Origin: Thecamonas trahens ATCC 50062
Taxonomy: Eukaryota > Protista > Apusomonadida
Direction: 5' to 3'
Assembly: GCF_000142905.1 (NCBI RefSeq)
Contig: NW_013657634.1
Location: 62,001 to 126,000, forward strand
Length of the DNA stretch: 64,000 nt
Position numbers and translations under genes: made by a program
Notes under the pieces: generated by a model
Told to the model about the DNA's origin: nothing
The model's database searches: none
What the model saw: only the letters and a program-made list of their open reading frames with translations
Shown here: positions 1-12,057 of the stretch, one piece after another
Numbering within the stretch: the first letter of the stretch is position 1
Layout: each line of letters opens with the position of its first letter

Positions 1-79
1 AGGCGCGAATCGTCAGCATGGAGGCGCTGGCTGCACCGATGGCGCTCGAGGCGCTCGAGGAGGCGTTTGGCCTGTGAGG

Positions 80-1603
80 TCAGTGGGCGACCTTGGCCAT
101 TGTCATGGCGCCGCCCATGCGGTGGCGGCGAAGCGTGAGGATGACGGCGAGGATGAGGCCGGTGACGGCGAGCGCAAACGAGATGAAGAACGAGGTCTGG
201 TAGCACTTGTGGCCGAAGCACTTTTCGGACCGGCCCTGGGCCTTGGTCTGGACGTCGTAAAAGTGACCAAAGAGCGTGTTCATGGCGTTGCCGCCAACGC
301 CGGCCGCCGTCGAGCCGATGGCCCAGTTGGTGGCAAAGTACGCCAGTGAAAACCGTGCGATGCACGTCGGCCCAATGGAGAACGTGCCGCCGTACGCGAG
401 GCCAGTCAGAATGGTCGGGATCCAGATCGTGGCCGTCGAGAGATAGAAGAACGCGTTGAGCGCCTGTGCCGCCGTCATGAGCGCAAGCGTGCCCACCAGG
501 AAGGTGGCATGCGGGATGCCCAGCCGCGGCACGAGCACGTCAGCACTCGTGCCAAACAAAATACGGCCAAGGCAGTTGCCGATCGAGAGTGCCCCAACCT
601 GGAGCGAGGTTGCCGACGAGAGCGTCGAGTCTGCAAGCGAGCCGGCAGCAATTGAGACCATGACCGACGACAAGTTGTTGATGTACATGAGCCCACAGCC
701 GAGCGAGCACGTAAGCACGCCGTAGAGCAGAAGAAACTCGGGCGACTGCAGGAGTCGTAGGCCATAGATGCCCGAGTCCGAGTCGGCATCTTCCGACTCG
801 GACTCGTCGACAATCTTGTGCGGCACGAGGAGGGCGGCCGACTCGGCATCGGAGCGCGCAGCCGCCGGCCGGCCACCCCTGCTACCGACTGGCGAGATAA
901 GCGGCCTGTTGACCGATGCCGACGACGCAAAGTCGTCGCCGGCAGCCTTGGCTTCGTCTGACGCTGGCGGGCCGTCCTTGTCTGCGTACGGCAGCCGTTT
1001 GAGCAGAAAAACGCCGAGGGCAAAGATGGTGCCAAGGGCAATGGCCAAAGTGGTGAAAAAGGCCGAGACGCTCGACGGAGCCCAGATGGCCGAGTATAGC
1101 TGGGAGAGGATAAATGCCGAGAGGCCAAAGCCGCCGACGATGATGCCGACGATAGTGCCGCGACTGTCCGGGGAAAAGTTGACCACGTTTGTCGCCAGGG
1201 CGGAGGAGTAGCCGCCAGAGGAAGCAAGACCAACCATGAAGAAGCCTACGCCCATGAGAACGGGCGAGACTGGGAGGATCTTTGCATAGACGAGAGCCAT
1301 GATGGCATAGCCCGAGGCAGCGAGGATGGACGAGACAGCCGAGAGCGGAGCAGGACCAAAGACATCCAGAATGTACGATTGAGGCAGCGAGCAGAGATAG
1401 AGACCATTATCACCGATGGATGAAATAAGATTGACTTGGCTCTGGGTAAATGCCAAATGCGTCTTGAACTGGTTGGCATAAGCAGAGTACGCGTAGAGTG
1501 TCCCTCCGCACGTCGACATCAGCAGTCCATGAAGAAACGATGTGATGAGCCAGCCACGGCTCCGTGCCGGTTTCCAGCATCCTCCTCTTTCTCCTGCGAC
1601 CAT
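80..1603 (-). CDS. Nodulin-like / Mch1-type major facilitator superfamily transporter
   Basis: 507-aa ORF with about 12 hydrophobic helices in two halves around a polar loop. Motifs GTLYAYSAY, RGTIVGI, GNCLGRI and C-terminal CFGHKCY are typical of nodulin-like MFS. Confidence 0.88.
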   Translation of the reverse strand: MVAGERGGCWKPARSRGWLITSFLHGLLMSTCGGTLYAYSAYANQFKTHLAFTQSQVNLISSIGDNGLYLCSLPQSYILDVFGPAPLSAVSSILAASGYAIMALVYAKILPVSPVLMGVGFFMVGLASSGGYSSALATNVVNFSPDSRGTIVGIIVGGFGLSAFILSQLYSAIWAPSSVSAFFTTLAIALGTIFALGVFLLKRLPYADKDGPPASDEAKAAGDDFASSASVNRPLISPVGSRGGRPAAARSDAESAALLVPHKIVDESESEDADSDSGIYGLRLLQSPEFLLLYGVLTCSLGCGLMYINNLSSVMVSIAAGSLADSTLSSATSLQVGALSIGNCLGRILFGTSADVLVPRLGIPHATFLVGTLALMTAAQALNAFFYLSTATIWIPTILTGLAYGGTFSIGPTCIARFSLAYFATNWAIGSTAAGVGGNAMNTLFGHFYDVQTKAQGRSEKCFGHKCYQTSFFISFALAVTGLILAVILTLRRHRMGGAMTMAKVAH

Positions 1604-1810
1604 ACTTGCTCAAACAAGGGGGGGGGGGGAGGGGGGAGGGGGGAGGGGATGTGTGAGTGCAGTGTTGCCTTCTCCTTCTCCCTCTCCCTCTCCTTCTCCC
1701 TTTTCTTGCTCTGGCCTTGTGACTCTCAACTAGTCAGTCTGCTTGTTGTGACTGAGCATGTCACTCGCTTGTGCGAGCAGTTGGGTTGTTGGACAATGGT
1801 GGCTGAGGGG

Positions 1811-1839
1811 TGCACGTGACTTGCTGCAGGTCACGTGTA
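1811..1839. promoter_or_regulatory. Inverted pair of E-box/CLEAR-like sites (CACGTGAC ... GTCACGTG) upstream of the MFS gene
   Basis: CACGTGAC at 1813-1820 and GTCACGTG at 1830-1837, within a cluster of GTGAC/GTCAC half-sites at 1718-1926. Confidence 0.35.
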
Positions 1840-2056
1840 TGCCATGGCCTACTTTGGGCTACCTCGACCCATCGCCGACTTTGTGACCTGTCACATGCTT
1901 TGACTTTGTAGTCATGGCTTTGTCATGCGATTCGCAGCCGTTGGACACAGGAATACCTTGTATTTGTCGTCGTCGGGTACCTCAAGCCTATCCGTACCCC
2001 CATGGCCACCTGCCTTCCTCCCCCATGCCATGAACAAAAAATTGATATCTAAAATA

Positions 2057-2088
<32 letters not shown>

Positions 2089-2297
2089 TAAGTAATATAT
2101 AAATCTAAATACCCCCCCCCCCCCCCCCCCCTCCCATCCACCGAACAATCATTCGCCATCACGGCTTTGGCAGCGACTGCGTACGCCCACACACGCACAT
2201 ACACCCACTCGTCCACCTACTCCATTCTGCACCACCACATCACGCACCACACCACTCACGCACTTTCCCCTTTATCTCTCCCCACATTGTGTGTGGC

Positions 2298-3911
2298 ATG
2301 AAAATACATCCCATGTCGCAAGAGAAGGACAACAAGAACGGAGAGCAGTTGCACGATATTCCACCGTCATCATCATCATCGTCATCGTCATCATCATCGT
2401 CGTCGTCCTCCTCGTCGGCGTTGTCTCTGGGTGGTGCGAGTTCTCGACATGGACAAGATCGAGGTGCTGGGGGTGGCGAGGCTCTAGGATCGGTGGCGTT
2501 GAGCAGCAAGGGTCATAGCTCGGTGACGAGGCAGAAGAGATGGAAGCAGTTTGCGGTGCTGGTCGGAGTTGTTCTCGTCCCCATTGGTATCTGTTTGATC
2601 TTTCTGCAGCTGCCGGCGGATGATGCGCTCGAGTTTTGCATCTATCGCATGGGTGGCCTTGGACTCGTCCTGGGCGCAACTCAAGCGGCGGCGCTTTTCA
2701 CTATCCTCACCGCCATCCCTTCCGACAGCACTGACGATGCTGACGGTAGTGCAAGTCAAACGAGTCTGGAAGGAAGCAATGCCGATGGTGGTGATGGTAC
2801 CAAGCCTGGCATTGTCCGGATTGGCCTAGCTGGAGGTTATGCGGTGGTGTACGCCGGAGTCCTCGCTGTGAGTGTCCACACGATCGGATACAGGCTGCTC
2901 ACCACTTTCCACAATGCGGTGATTGTGGCAGGGCTGGGAGTGGCACAGGTTGCAGGCCTTGTTCTCCATCTGGTAGCCAACGGGCTCGCGCCGAAGCGAA
3001 AGGGCGGGGCGGTGAGCAGCTCAACGGTGGCGGCGCTTCACGTTGGCCTGCTGGCGCTGTTTGGCCAGCTTGGCTTCTCGATGGCGTTTGGAACAGTGTT
3101 TCTCAACGATGTGCGGGCCGAGTGGGTCAAGGTACTGATGTGCGCGCTGTATCCGATCCTGCTTGTGGTCTTCAAGCTCGTCCAGCAAGCGTGCATCACG
3201 TCGTTGGCGCCGGACGTGGAGCCGCTGGTGGAGTTTGGCTCGTTGGCGCTAGCGGCGCTGCCGTACCGGATTGTTTTCCTCGGCCTCGACAACTGGATCA
3301 CCTTTGCTCTTGTGCTCTGCGTGGAGCTGGTATTTAAGGCGCTGGTGTATCCTGTTCAGATTTCTTCGTGGTGGACGTCGATTCGGGCATCGCTCCGGTC
3401 ACGTCTCCCGTCGTGGTGCGGCAAGGGCGGCGCGCCGGAAAGCAATGCGCTGATGGCAAGCACAGCGTCGCTGCGATCTGCGGACGGACGGATAGGGCAT
3501 ACGGGACGGCTTGCGCTGCTGGGTAGTTCTGAGGCTGTGCGACACACACGACTTGCGCTCAAGTTCTTTTTCCACTCGCTGGTGGACACGGTGTCGATTG
3601 TGGGCGCAGCAGTGGTGCTGGCGTACTTGCGATTTGAGCGGCAAGCGTCGCCCGTGGCAGAGGCCACGGTGTCGAACACGTTTTTCCAGCGGCTGATGGT
3701 GCAGTACGGTCTGCAGTTTGCGGTGGAGATTGTGTTTGCGGTGGTGTGCGTGGCGGCGACGCGGTATGCGCTCGGTGTGGAACATTTTGCACCACTGCGG
3801 ATCGGACGCGAGCCGCTGATCGACCACGCCACGGCGCTCGGCATGTTCTACACTGTGGTGTACGTGGGGACGTTTGTTGTGGTGGATGGCGAGAACATTC
3901 CGCCGCGATAA
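2298..3911 (+). CDS. Uncharacterised polytopic membrane protein (about 10-12 TM)
   Basis: Long intron-free ORF with a poly-Ser N-terminus and many hydrophobic segments. ATG at 2298 or 2313. No family recognised. Confidence 0.75.
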   Translation: MKIHPMSQEKDNKNGEQLHDIPPSSSSSSSSSSSSSSSSSALSLGGASSRHGQDRGAGGGEALGSVALSSKGHSSVTRQKRWKQFAVLVGVVLVPIGICLIFLQLPADDALEFCIYRMGGLGLVLGATQAAALFTILTAIPSDSTDDADGSASQTSLEGSNADGGDGTKPGIVRIGLAGGYAVVYAGVLAVSVHTIGYRLLTTFHNAVIVAGLGVAQVAGLVLHLVANGLAPKRKGGAVSSSTVAALHVGLLALFGQLGFSMAFGTVFLNDVRAEWVKVLMCALYPILLVVFKLVQQACITSLAPDVEPLVEFGSLALAALPYRIVFLGLDNWITFALVLCVELVFKALVYPVQISSWWTSIRASLRSRLPSWCGKGGAPESNALMASTASLRSADGRIGHTGRLALLGSSEAVRHTRLALKFFFHSLVDTVSIVGAAVVLAYLRFERQASPVAEATVSNTFFQRLMVQYGLQFAVEIVFAVVCVAATRYALGVEHFAPLRIGREPLIDHATALGMFYTVVYVGTFVVVDGENIPPR

Positions 3912-3952
3912 GTGAGTCAACACCCTTCAGGCTGGGCCGAGCTTGCGGGCCT

Positions 3953-6900
3953 TCAGTGGCCGGCAAACTTGCCGTTAAAGGCCATTTCGACGAGGGCGCG
4001 CTCGTGCGAGTTGAAGAAGCCCATGATCCGGTTGAACGTCTCCGGGTCCTGGCCGGCAAAGGCCTGGAGGAAGGCGGTGAGGTACTCGCCGATTTTGATC
4101 TGCATGAGCGGGTCGTCTTTGTACTCTTCGTCGTTGTCGTCGTCGAGGCCGTCATAGTCGAGGCCGAGGTTCCAGGCGTCGGAGAGCATGTAAGAGTCCG
4201 AGGGCTGGAACGGCGACTTGCCCGAGTCTGCGTCGCGGAAGACGAGGCCGGCTGCCTCGTAGAGGTCGTCGTCAAAGTCTGAGAGGTCGTCGTCTTCATC
4301 GTCGCCGAGGAGGCCGGACTCGATGTCGTCGTTGAGCGAGTCGAGGTGGCCGATGAAGACGCGGATGATGGCGATGGGGACAGGAACGTCCTTTGTAGTG
4401 ACGCCGGCCTGTTTTGCGGAGCGACGGGTGCGGACGGGGGCGTCGAGGTCGATGACTTCCTGGCGGACAGTCAGGGTCTGGATGGCCGAAGCCATAGGGG
4501 CGAGCATGGAGGCGAGCGAGGTGAGCGAGAGGCGCGAGACGTACTTGCCGGTAAACTCGAGCTCGTGCTCGAGCCACTGGGACATGAGGACCTTGAGGCC
4601 GTTTGTGGAGCCGACGGAGATGCCAGCGGCGAGGTCGAGGATGTCTGCGGCGCCTTGGGTGGAGATGAGAAGGGCAAAGACGGAGACGAGCGACTGGATA
4701 AAGGGCGAGTAGCGGGCAGTGGCGAGGCGCTGGAGGAGCGAGTCAAGCATCTGGCCCATGATGGACGAGACAGCGTCGGGCGCGCGCTTGATGAGGGTGA
4801 TGATGAGGGCGCCAACGAGCGAGGCGCCGTCCTCGGAGATGTCGTCCGAGACGAGGCGCGAGATAAAAGTGAGGACCAGCTCCATGGCGGACTCGCCGTT
4901 GGGTCCAAGCTGGGCCTGCATGTGCTGCGGAGCCTTGGCGATGTAGAGACGGAGGATCTTGCAAGCGACCTGCATGAGCGATGAGTCTGGCGAGGAGAGT
5001 GCCTGGACAAGAAGGGCGCCGAGGAGCGAGCCCATGTCATCGGGCATGGGCTCGGGGGCGACGGTGACGAGGGCGAGGAAGATGTCTGCGACGGCCGCGA
5101 CAAAGCCGCAGCCGCGCGGGATGTTGTCTGCGGCGACGCTGCCTGTGGACGAGAGAGTGGAGCCGATGAACTTGTAGAGACGGGCAAAGACAGGCTCAAA
5201 GGCGACGGCGGCGAGCGACTCGAGGACGGCGACGGACGACTCGACGAGAAGATAGTTATCGCGGTAGTGGATAAAGATAGCGAGGGCAAAGGGGCGACGG
5301 TGGCCTCGACCGAGGCGGTTGCGTCACCATCGACCTTTGTGAGCATGACGAGGGCGTCGAGGATGATGGAGAGGATGGGGTTGCGCGAGTTTGCGAGGGT
5401 CGAGTACTCGTTGGCGGTCGCATCGTCGTCGGCGTCGTCGACGGTGGGGCGCTCGTAGGTTGCGCCGATTTCCTGGGCGAGCGAGACGAGCGAGGTGATG
5501 AGGCCCGGGACGTATTCTGCGAGGGCCGCCTTGGGCATCTTGCCTGCGAGGGCGAGGGCCGACTTTGTGGCCGAGACGCGGACAGGGAGAGCGGCATCCT
5601 CGGCGAGGCAGGCGTGTGTGGCGTTGACAAAGGCGACGGCGAGCTCCGCGGGGACGGCGTGGGCAAAGAGTGAGGCGAGCCAGAGGGCGCGGCCGAGGAG
5701 GTACGGGTTGTCGGTCGTCTGCAGGACCGGGAGGAGGACGTGCTCGAGGAAGCCGCCGATGTCAAAGTCGAGGTCGCCAGAGGCGAGGAGGGCGAGGAGC
5801 TCGGGCGATGAGCGGCCCATGACGTAAAAGACGGCCTCGCGGAGGCGCCAGGCGTTGTCGGCCTGGCCGGCGGCGTCGAGCTCGTCGGCGGTGGCGAGGT
5901 GGGCCGCGGCAGCTCTGGCGAGTGAGAGAACGACCTGCATGCAAAAGGCCTCGCCGGTCTGCGACTCGAGGAGGAGCTCTGCGAGGAGATCGACGGCGGC
6001 AAGGCGGACCGAGTGGCGCTTGACAGACATCTCGTCCTCGTCCTCTACAAACTGGATGGGGTCGTCCTCCCACACCGAGAGCTGGGCGTCGGTGAGCTGG
6101 GCGTAGACGATGATGATGGAGACGAGGTCCGAGAGCGAGGACTCGAGGGCGGGGCGGAAGGTTTCGCGCGAGGCCATGATGTTGACTGCCTCAAAGAGCG
6201 AGCAGAGCTGGTGCTCAAAGCCCATGACGTTGCCGTCCGAGTCGCGCGGCGGGGGCGGGAGGCCGTCCTGCAGGGCGGCAGTGTAGGGCGAGGTCCCGGA
6301 CTCGAGAGAGTGCCAGACGAGCGGGAGGCATGGGCCGACAAGCTCAGCACACTCGGTGGTGTAGCGGAGCATGACGAGGTTGACGAGGCGGATGGCCTCA
6401 ATCTTGAGGCCGCAGTCGTCTTCGGGCGAGTCGGGGAGCGAGAGCACGGCGTGGGCGCCCTCGATAAAGTGCGGCAGCGAGTCGCCAAGGATCGAGACGG
6501 CAGCGTTCGGGTCGGCGCGCTTGACATGGAAGAGGGTGGCGAGGCACGAGGAGTAGATCTTGATGGCGCGCATCTGGTCGCGGGCGGTGTACGCGCCCGA
6601 CTCGTTGGAGAAGACCGCGAGGAGCGGCTCGGCGAGCATGGGGATGGCGTTCTCCATGTGGTCCTCCTTCATCGTCCGCGCAAAGTCCTCGAGGCAGCGC
6701 AGCGTGCCGTGGACAACCTTGGGCTCGCCAGACGCCAGGGCGCCGACCAGGTCGTCAAAGACCGACGGCCAGTCCTGCGGCCAGTCGTGCGAAGCCATGA
6801 TGGCGATAGCAGCAGCGGTCATACCGCGGATGCGCGGCAGGTCATCGGCAAGGCCGACCGGGAGAAGCTCACGGAGCGTGGCCTTGTCCTCTTTGCCCAG

Positions 6901-8161
6901 CACCGTGTTGTCCGGGTGGTACCACCGCGAGTGGACCGTCCAGTGGCCCTCAATGGCCTGCCGGGTGAGGACCGAAGCAAGCATGCGGTACGACGGATCA
7001 GTCTCCGTGGAGAGGGCGATCTGGGCGAGGGTGACGGCGTAGCCTGTGTGTGGGGAGGGGGATGGGGTGAGTAGAGGGATGATGTCGGCCACTATGATGT
7101 CGGCCACGATGATGTCGGCCACGATGATGTCGGCCACGATGATGTCGGCCACGATGACGTCGGCCACGATGATGTCGGCCACGATGATGTCGGCCACGAT
7201 GATGTCGGCCACGATGATGTCGGCCACGATGACGTCGGCCACGATGATGTCGGCCACGATGATGTCGGCCACGATGATGTCGGCCACTGTGACGTCGGCC
7301 ACGATAATGTCGGCCACCACGTCGACGGCCACGATGATGTCGGCCACGATGATGTCGGCCACGATGATGTCGGCCACGATGATGTCGGCCACGATGACGT
7401 CGGCCACGATAATGTCGGCCACGATGACGTCGGCCACGATGATGTCGGCCACGATGATGTCGGCCACGATGATGTCGGCCACTGTGACGTCGGCCACGAT
7501 AATGTCGGCCACGATGATGTCGGCCACGATGATGTCGGCCACGATGATGTCGGCCACTATGACGTCGGCCAAGATGATGTCGGCCACCACGTCGACGGCC
7601 ACCACGTCGACGGCCACGATGATGTCGGCCACGATGATGTCGGCCACGATGATGTCGGCCACTGTGACGTCGGCCACGATAATGTCGGCCACGATGACGT
7701 CGGCCACGATGATGTCGGCCACGATGATGTCGGCCACGATGACGTCGGCCACCACGTCGACGACCACCACGTTGACGACCACCACGTCGACGGCCACCAC
7801 GACCTCAAGCGCCACCACGTCGACAGCCACCACCCACCCACCTCTCCCTCTTCCTATGTAGCACACACAGGAAGGAGAGAGAGGGAGAGAGCGAGCGAGC
7901 GAGAGAGAGAGACAGAGGGGAAGGGAGGGTGGCAGTGGCCATAGTGTGGGATGCGTAGATTCATGTCTTGCTTCTACAAACACAGCATGATCATATGGGT
8001 ATGGGGAATAGCAGTCGATGGGCTAAGAAACGGGGGAAGGGGGTGGGGGTAAGGAAATAGTACGTACCAGGCTCATTGCACATCTGCTTGAGTGCAGCCT
8101 CACTCTCGCTCACAGCCTCACCACTGATGATGTTCTGGAAGTGGCCGGCAAGAACGTCCAT
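3953..8161 (-). CDS. IPO9: Importin-9 (karyopherin-beta family); exon 1 8161-8068, intron 8067-7044, exon 2 7043-3953 with an apparent 1-nt frameshift near 5290
   Basis: Importin N-terminal domain (HW...K..LRELLP.GL), [26 protein letters not shown], 'VRTRRSAK', acidic loop and DDPL..I motif. Donor GTACGT and acceptor CAG join in frame (NEP-G-YAVTLA). Confidence 0.9.
7078..7830. repeat. 15-bp minisatellite (GATGTCGGCCACGAT)n inside the importin-9 intron
   Basis: About 50 near-identical units, degenerating towards 7830. Source of the spurious IIVAD/MMSAT ORF text. Confidence 0.95.
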
Positions 8162-8953
8162 GGTGCGTTGGGTGACGGAAGACGAGTATGATGATCGATG
8201 GTTGCCGCCACCGACTCGCCTCATTACTGTCCTTCCCTCCTGGCTGTCGCAAGATTAAGATCAGATGGTATGTGTGTAGTAGAGATCAATAGACTTGGTT
8301 CGGTTGTCTTTGGCTTCAGCACCAACGTCAGCACGCTGTCGCGCTCTGTCATCCAGGTCCGACATCTATGCCAATCTTCGTCTCTGTATGCTCAACACCG
8401 AGCAGGGCGACGATCACCACGGCCAAAGCAGTAGCTTCTCCCAGTCAGCGAGCTAAGCACCAGATCTGAACATCAAATGGGTGGGGATATGCCCATAGCT
8501 ATGCCGGGGCATGAGCCTGACGGCCGCAAGGCACGACCAACCAGAACAGGCCAAAACGAGGGCACGATAAGAACGATATGTACGCAACCGTCACCACACC
8601 CATTTGCCCAATCAAAGGCACCAATCACAATCACAACAGCTCGCACGTTTGATTCATGGGCGGGTGGTGAGGGGGGGGGGGAGGCCCTTTTTTGGACGCG
8701 GCGAATTTTTGTGTTGCGGCGGCTGCGGCGGCGGGGAGGGGGGCCTGGGGCTGAGGAGGGTGGCCACGCCGAGGGGGAGCCAAGGAAGGGCATAACGGAT
8801 AGACAAAGACGGCACCACTCTCCAGCCGCTGCGCTTCCACCCCCACCCCCACCACCCAGTCACCCACCCACCCCACCCCCAGCCCCACCCTACCTTTCCA
8901 CATCTCCATTGCCTCTCTACCACTTGCTCCTACCAACTGGTTCAAGCAAGACC

Positions 8954-11430
8954 ATGTCGTACGTGCCGTTGTGTATCCCCCCGCACTGCCACGGTCGCTT
9001 TCTTCAAACAACGTGTTTTGCACAAACCATTCCGTCGCGGCAGGCCCTTTTTTATCAATCGTCCATCAATGGTTTTCAATTATTTTTTTTGAAGCCCATG
9101 ACGAACACCGCGAAGCGTTCACAGGAGTCGCCCGCCCGTCCCCCCCCTCCTCCCCCCCCCCCCCCGGCACGCCATGTTCTTGCCCTTGCCACCTGTGCCT
9201 GGCACCAACTACGCACCAACCACACTACAATATGTCGGAGAGGTAGTTTATGTGACACTCTCAGCTATGTGGTTGGGATGGTCCTTGGTCTGACCCTCCT
9301 GGTCCCCTTGCCCTTGGCCTCCCCTCGCCCCCATCTGGCTCTCTCCGGCTTTGCTGGCCTTAGTTGGCTATGCCAAGACACCTTTTTTTCCCCAAAATTT
9401 CTCCCTGCTTTGCCGCCCCCCCCCTTTGTCGCGCGCATCTGCCCCGCTTCCTCCATACTGCCTCTCCATCGCATTGCGTTCTTCTTCTACTTCTCCTGCA
9501 GCGTGCATGCACTGTTTTGTCATTCTGTACACATGGCTCCTGTCCCGAGCTTGGCTTGCCCAAGGCCACGAATCTTCCAGGACAATTTTCACGACCTTTT
9601 TTCCCTCCCTGGCCACCCTATCCCATATGCAAGCGCATGCTTGCCTCCGCCACTACCACGAGCAAGGCGATGGTCGTTGCATTTTCCTGAGCCATTTCTC
9701 CCTCATCATTGTTGCTTGGTTGGCTACGTGGCGCGCTCTCCCATTCTTTCTCCTCGTCGACCCAACCGGCACACCCGCTCAGTAGGCTTGCATGCAGTAG
9801 CAGACTCACATGATGGCCTTTTTGATGGATGTTGGGAAACAGGGAGAAGGCTGTGGTTCAGGTCGTGGCGTCTGTTTTCCACTACATCGATGGGGCTTGG
9901 GCGCCAAAGGGCAGATCGTCCATCGGTCTGTATCACAACGCGGCGCTCAATCGATACCGTGTGGTCGCCTACGACGCTGCCAAGAACGTGACCATCAACT
10001 CGAACATGTCTGCTGACATGGTCTACCGCAAGGCCTCTGAGACCTTCCACCAGTGGTCCGACGGGCGTACCATCTACGGCGTCAACTTTGCAGATATCCC
10101 GACGGCCGACAAGTTTTTCGCAAACATGTCGTCGTCGATCGACGCTCTCAAGTCTTCGCCGCCCGCCGCTGCCTCGCCGGTTACCTCGCCGCAGCCGTCG
10201 CCGACGCTAACGCCGACGCCGACGCCGACGCCTGCGCCAAAGCCGGCATCAGCACCGGCACCGGCGCCCGCTATTGCGCCTGCCGATTTGGCTGCCAAGC
10301 TCGCCCGCGGCCCGCCGCCTGGCGGCCGCCCGCCGTCGGGTACGGGCGTCAAGCCCGCACCGTCGCCTGACGCCGGAAATGGTGGCGCTAGCGGTCCACC
10401 CGGAGCACGACCCATGGGTCCACAGCCCGGCGCCATGGGTGACATGTCTGAGCTGCAGGCCCGTCTTGCTGCCCGCAAGAACTCCAAACCTATCACCGAG
10501 CCGCCGCCGGCTGGTGCCAAGCCGCCACCGGCTGGTGCCAAGCCGCCGCCGGCTGGTACCAAGCCGCCGCCGGCTGGTGCCAAGCCGCCACCGGCTGGTG
10601 CCAAGCCCCCGCCGGCTGGTGCCAAGCCACCGCCGGCTGGTGCCAAGCCGCCACCGGCTGGTGCCAAGCCGCCACCGGCTGCCGCCAAGCCGCCNNNNNN
10701 NNNNNNNNNNNNNNNNNNNNNNNNNNNNNNNNNNNNNNNNNNNNNNNNNNNNNNNNNNNNNNNNNNNNNNNNNNNNNNNNNNNNNNNNNNNNNNNNNNNN
10801 NNNNNNNNNNNNNNNNNNNNNNNNNNNNNNNNNNNNNNNNNNNNNNNNNNNNNNNNNNNNNNNNNNNNNNNNNNNNNNNNNNNNNNNNNNNNNNNNNNNN
10901 NNNNNNNNNNNNNNNNNNNNNNNNNNNNNNNNNNNNNNNNNNNNNNNNNNNNNNNNNNNNNNNNNNNNNNNNNNNNNNNNNNNNNNNNNAAGCCACCGCC
11001 GGTGGTCCCGAGCAGGGTGACCGAGCCCGAGCCCCTGAGCGCCGAGCCGGAGCCGGCGCCGCCTGTGGTGCCCGAGCCGGACTTTGGCATCCCGCCGGGC
11101 GGCAGCAGCTTCCCTCTCCCCGGATCGTCAGCATTTGGCGCCGAGCTGCCGGCTGCGCCGCCTCCGGACCCATCGGCCTTTGCCACCATCAACTTTGAGG
11201 ATATCGGCGCCATCCCGATGGCCCCGCCCGACACTAGCACCGATGAGCTCCGCGAGCTCATCCAGGACCTTCGGACTGAGGTCGCCGATGTCCGCCTGGA
11301 CCTCCAGAGCTTCAAGTCTGAGATCACGTCCCTCCTCGCCACTTCGCTCGAGACCATCCGTGATGAGATCATCTACACCTTGGGTGGCACCCCGCTCGAG
11401 CAGCCGCTCGGCCTTACCCCGCTCAAGTAG
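8954..11430 (+). CDS. VASP: Ena/VASP actin regulator; 5-nt first coding exon 8954-8958, intron 8959-9842, exon 2 9843-11430 (contains assembly gap)
   Basis: ATGTC|GTACGT...AACAG|G gives MSEKAVVQ. EVH1 domain (YHNAALNRYRVV, TFHQWSDGRTIYGVNF), Pro-rich region, FAB-like DMSELQARLAARK and a C-terminal tetramerisation-like coiled coil (LETIRDEII). Confidence 0.88.
10501..11001 (+). repeat. 21-bp coding tandem repeat (PPPAGAK)n flanking an assembly gap (N 10695-10989)
   Basis: At least 9 units of CCGCCRCCGGCTGGTGCCAAG before the gap and a partial unit after it. Confidence 0.9.
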
Positions 11431-12035
11431 GAGTCGCTCGATGACGTCGCACCGTACCGCAGACGAGAGAAAAGCTCACCCACGCTCCACAGACTTGTCT
11501 CTCCCCTCCCCCTCTCCCTCTCTCTCCCCCCCTCCTACGCGATCCACCCTAACCGTAGCACCCCACACCTACCGCCTGCTTCTCTCCCTGGTCCATCCTC
11601 TCTGTACGCCATAGCCTCGCCAGCTCCTGCAATTCATCATTGTTCGCCGTCTTTTGTTCTCTCCTCCGCCGCCCCGCACCACACAATCGGCTCCCTACGC
11701 TTCCCAGACACAGCTATGTCAAGCTCGTTTTCAGTCATGGTGTGCTAACGTAATTGCTACGCTTTGCTGTCCTTGGGCCATGCATTGAACGGTCATGGCT
11801 CCCACACCGACCAGAGTATGACGCTGTGGCTCGGATGCCAAAGATCGCCCGTCAATTTGGCAACAACCGTGAGCCACCCACTGGTTTACGAGCAGGATGC
11901 TCACTGCTCTGTCATCCCGCACTCGTGCCACAATACGCCGCCGTCCATGAGAATGTTGCGAACCGCTTGTGGTTGATGGATTGTGCCGAGATAGCATTGT
12001 CCGGAAGTCATCACGTCGATGACGGCTTGAGCGCC

Positions 12036-12057
12036 GATGATGATGACCATGATGATG

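Noticed and set aside
2030-2150. AT-rich duplicated ATCTAAA(A)TA-polyC motif
   Set aside because: Looks like degraded read quality next to long C runs. No supportable function.
7046-7983. IIVAD / MMSAT pentapeptide-repeat ORFs as real proteins, or the array as CRISPR
   Set aside because: Lies within a well-supported importin-9 intron. Units are contiguous with no unique spacers, and no cas genes are present.
8477-9991. 504-aa ORF upstream of VASP
   Set aside because: Low-complexity translation of promoter and intron with homopolymer-rich, low-quality-looking sequence. Not in the EVH1 frame.
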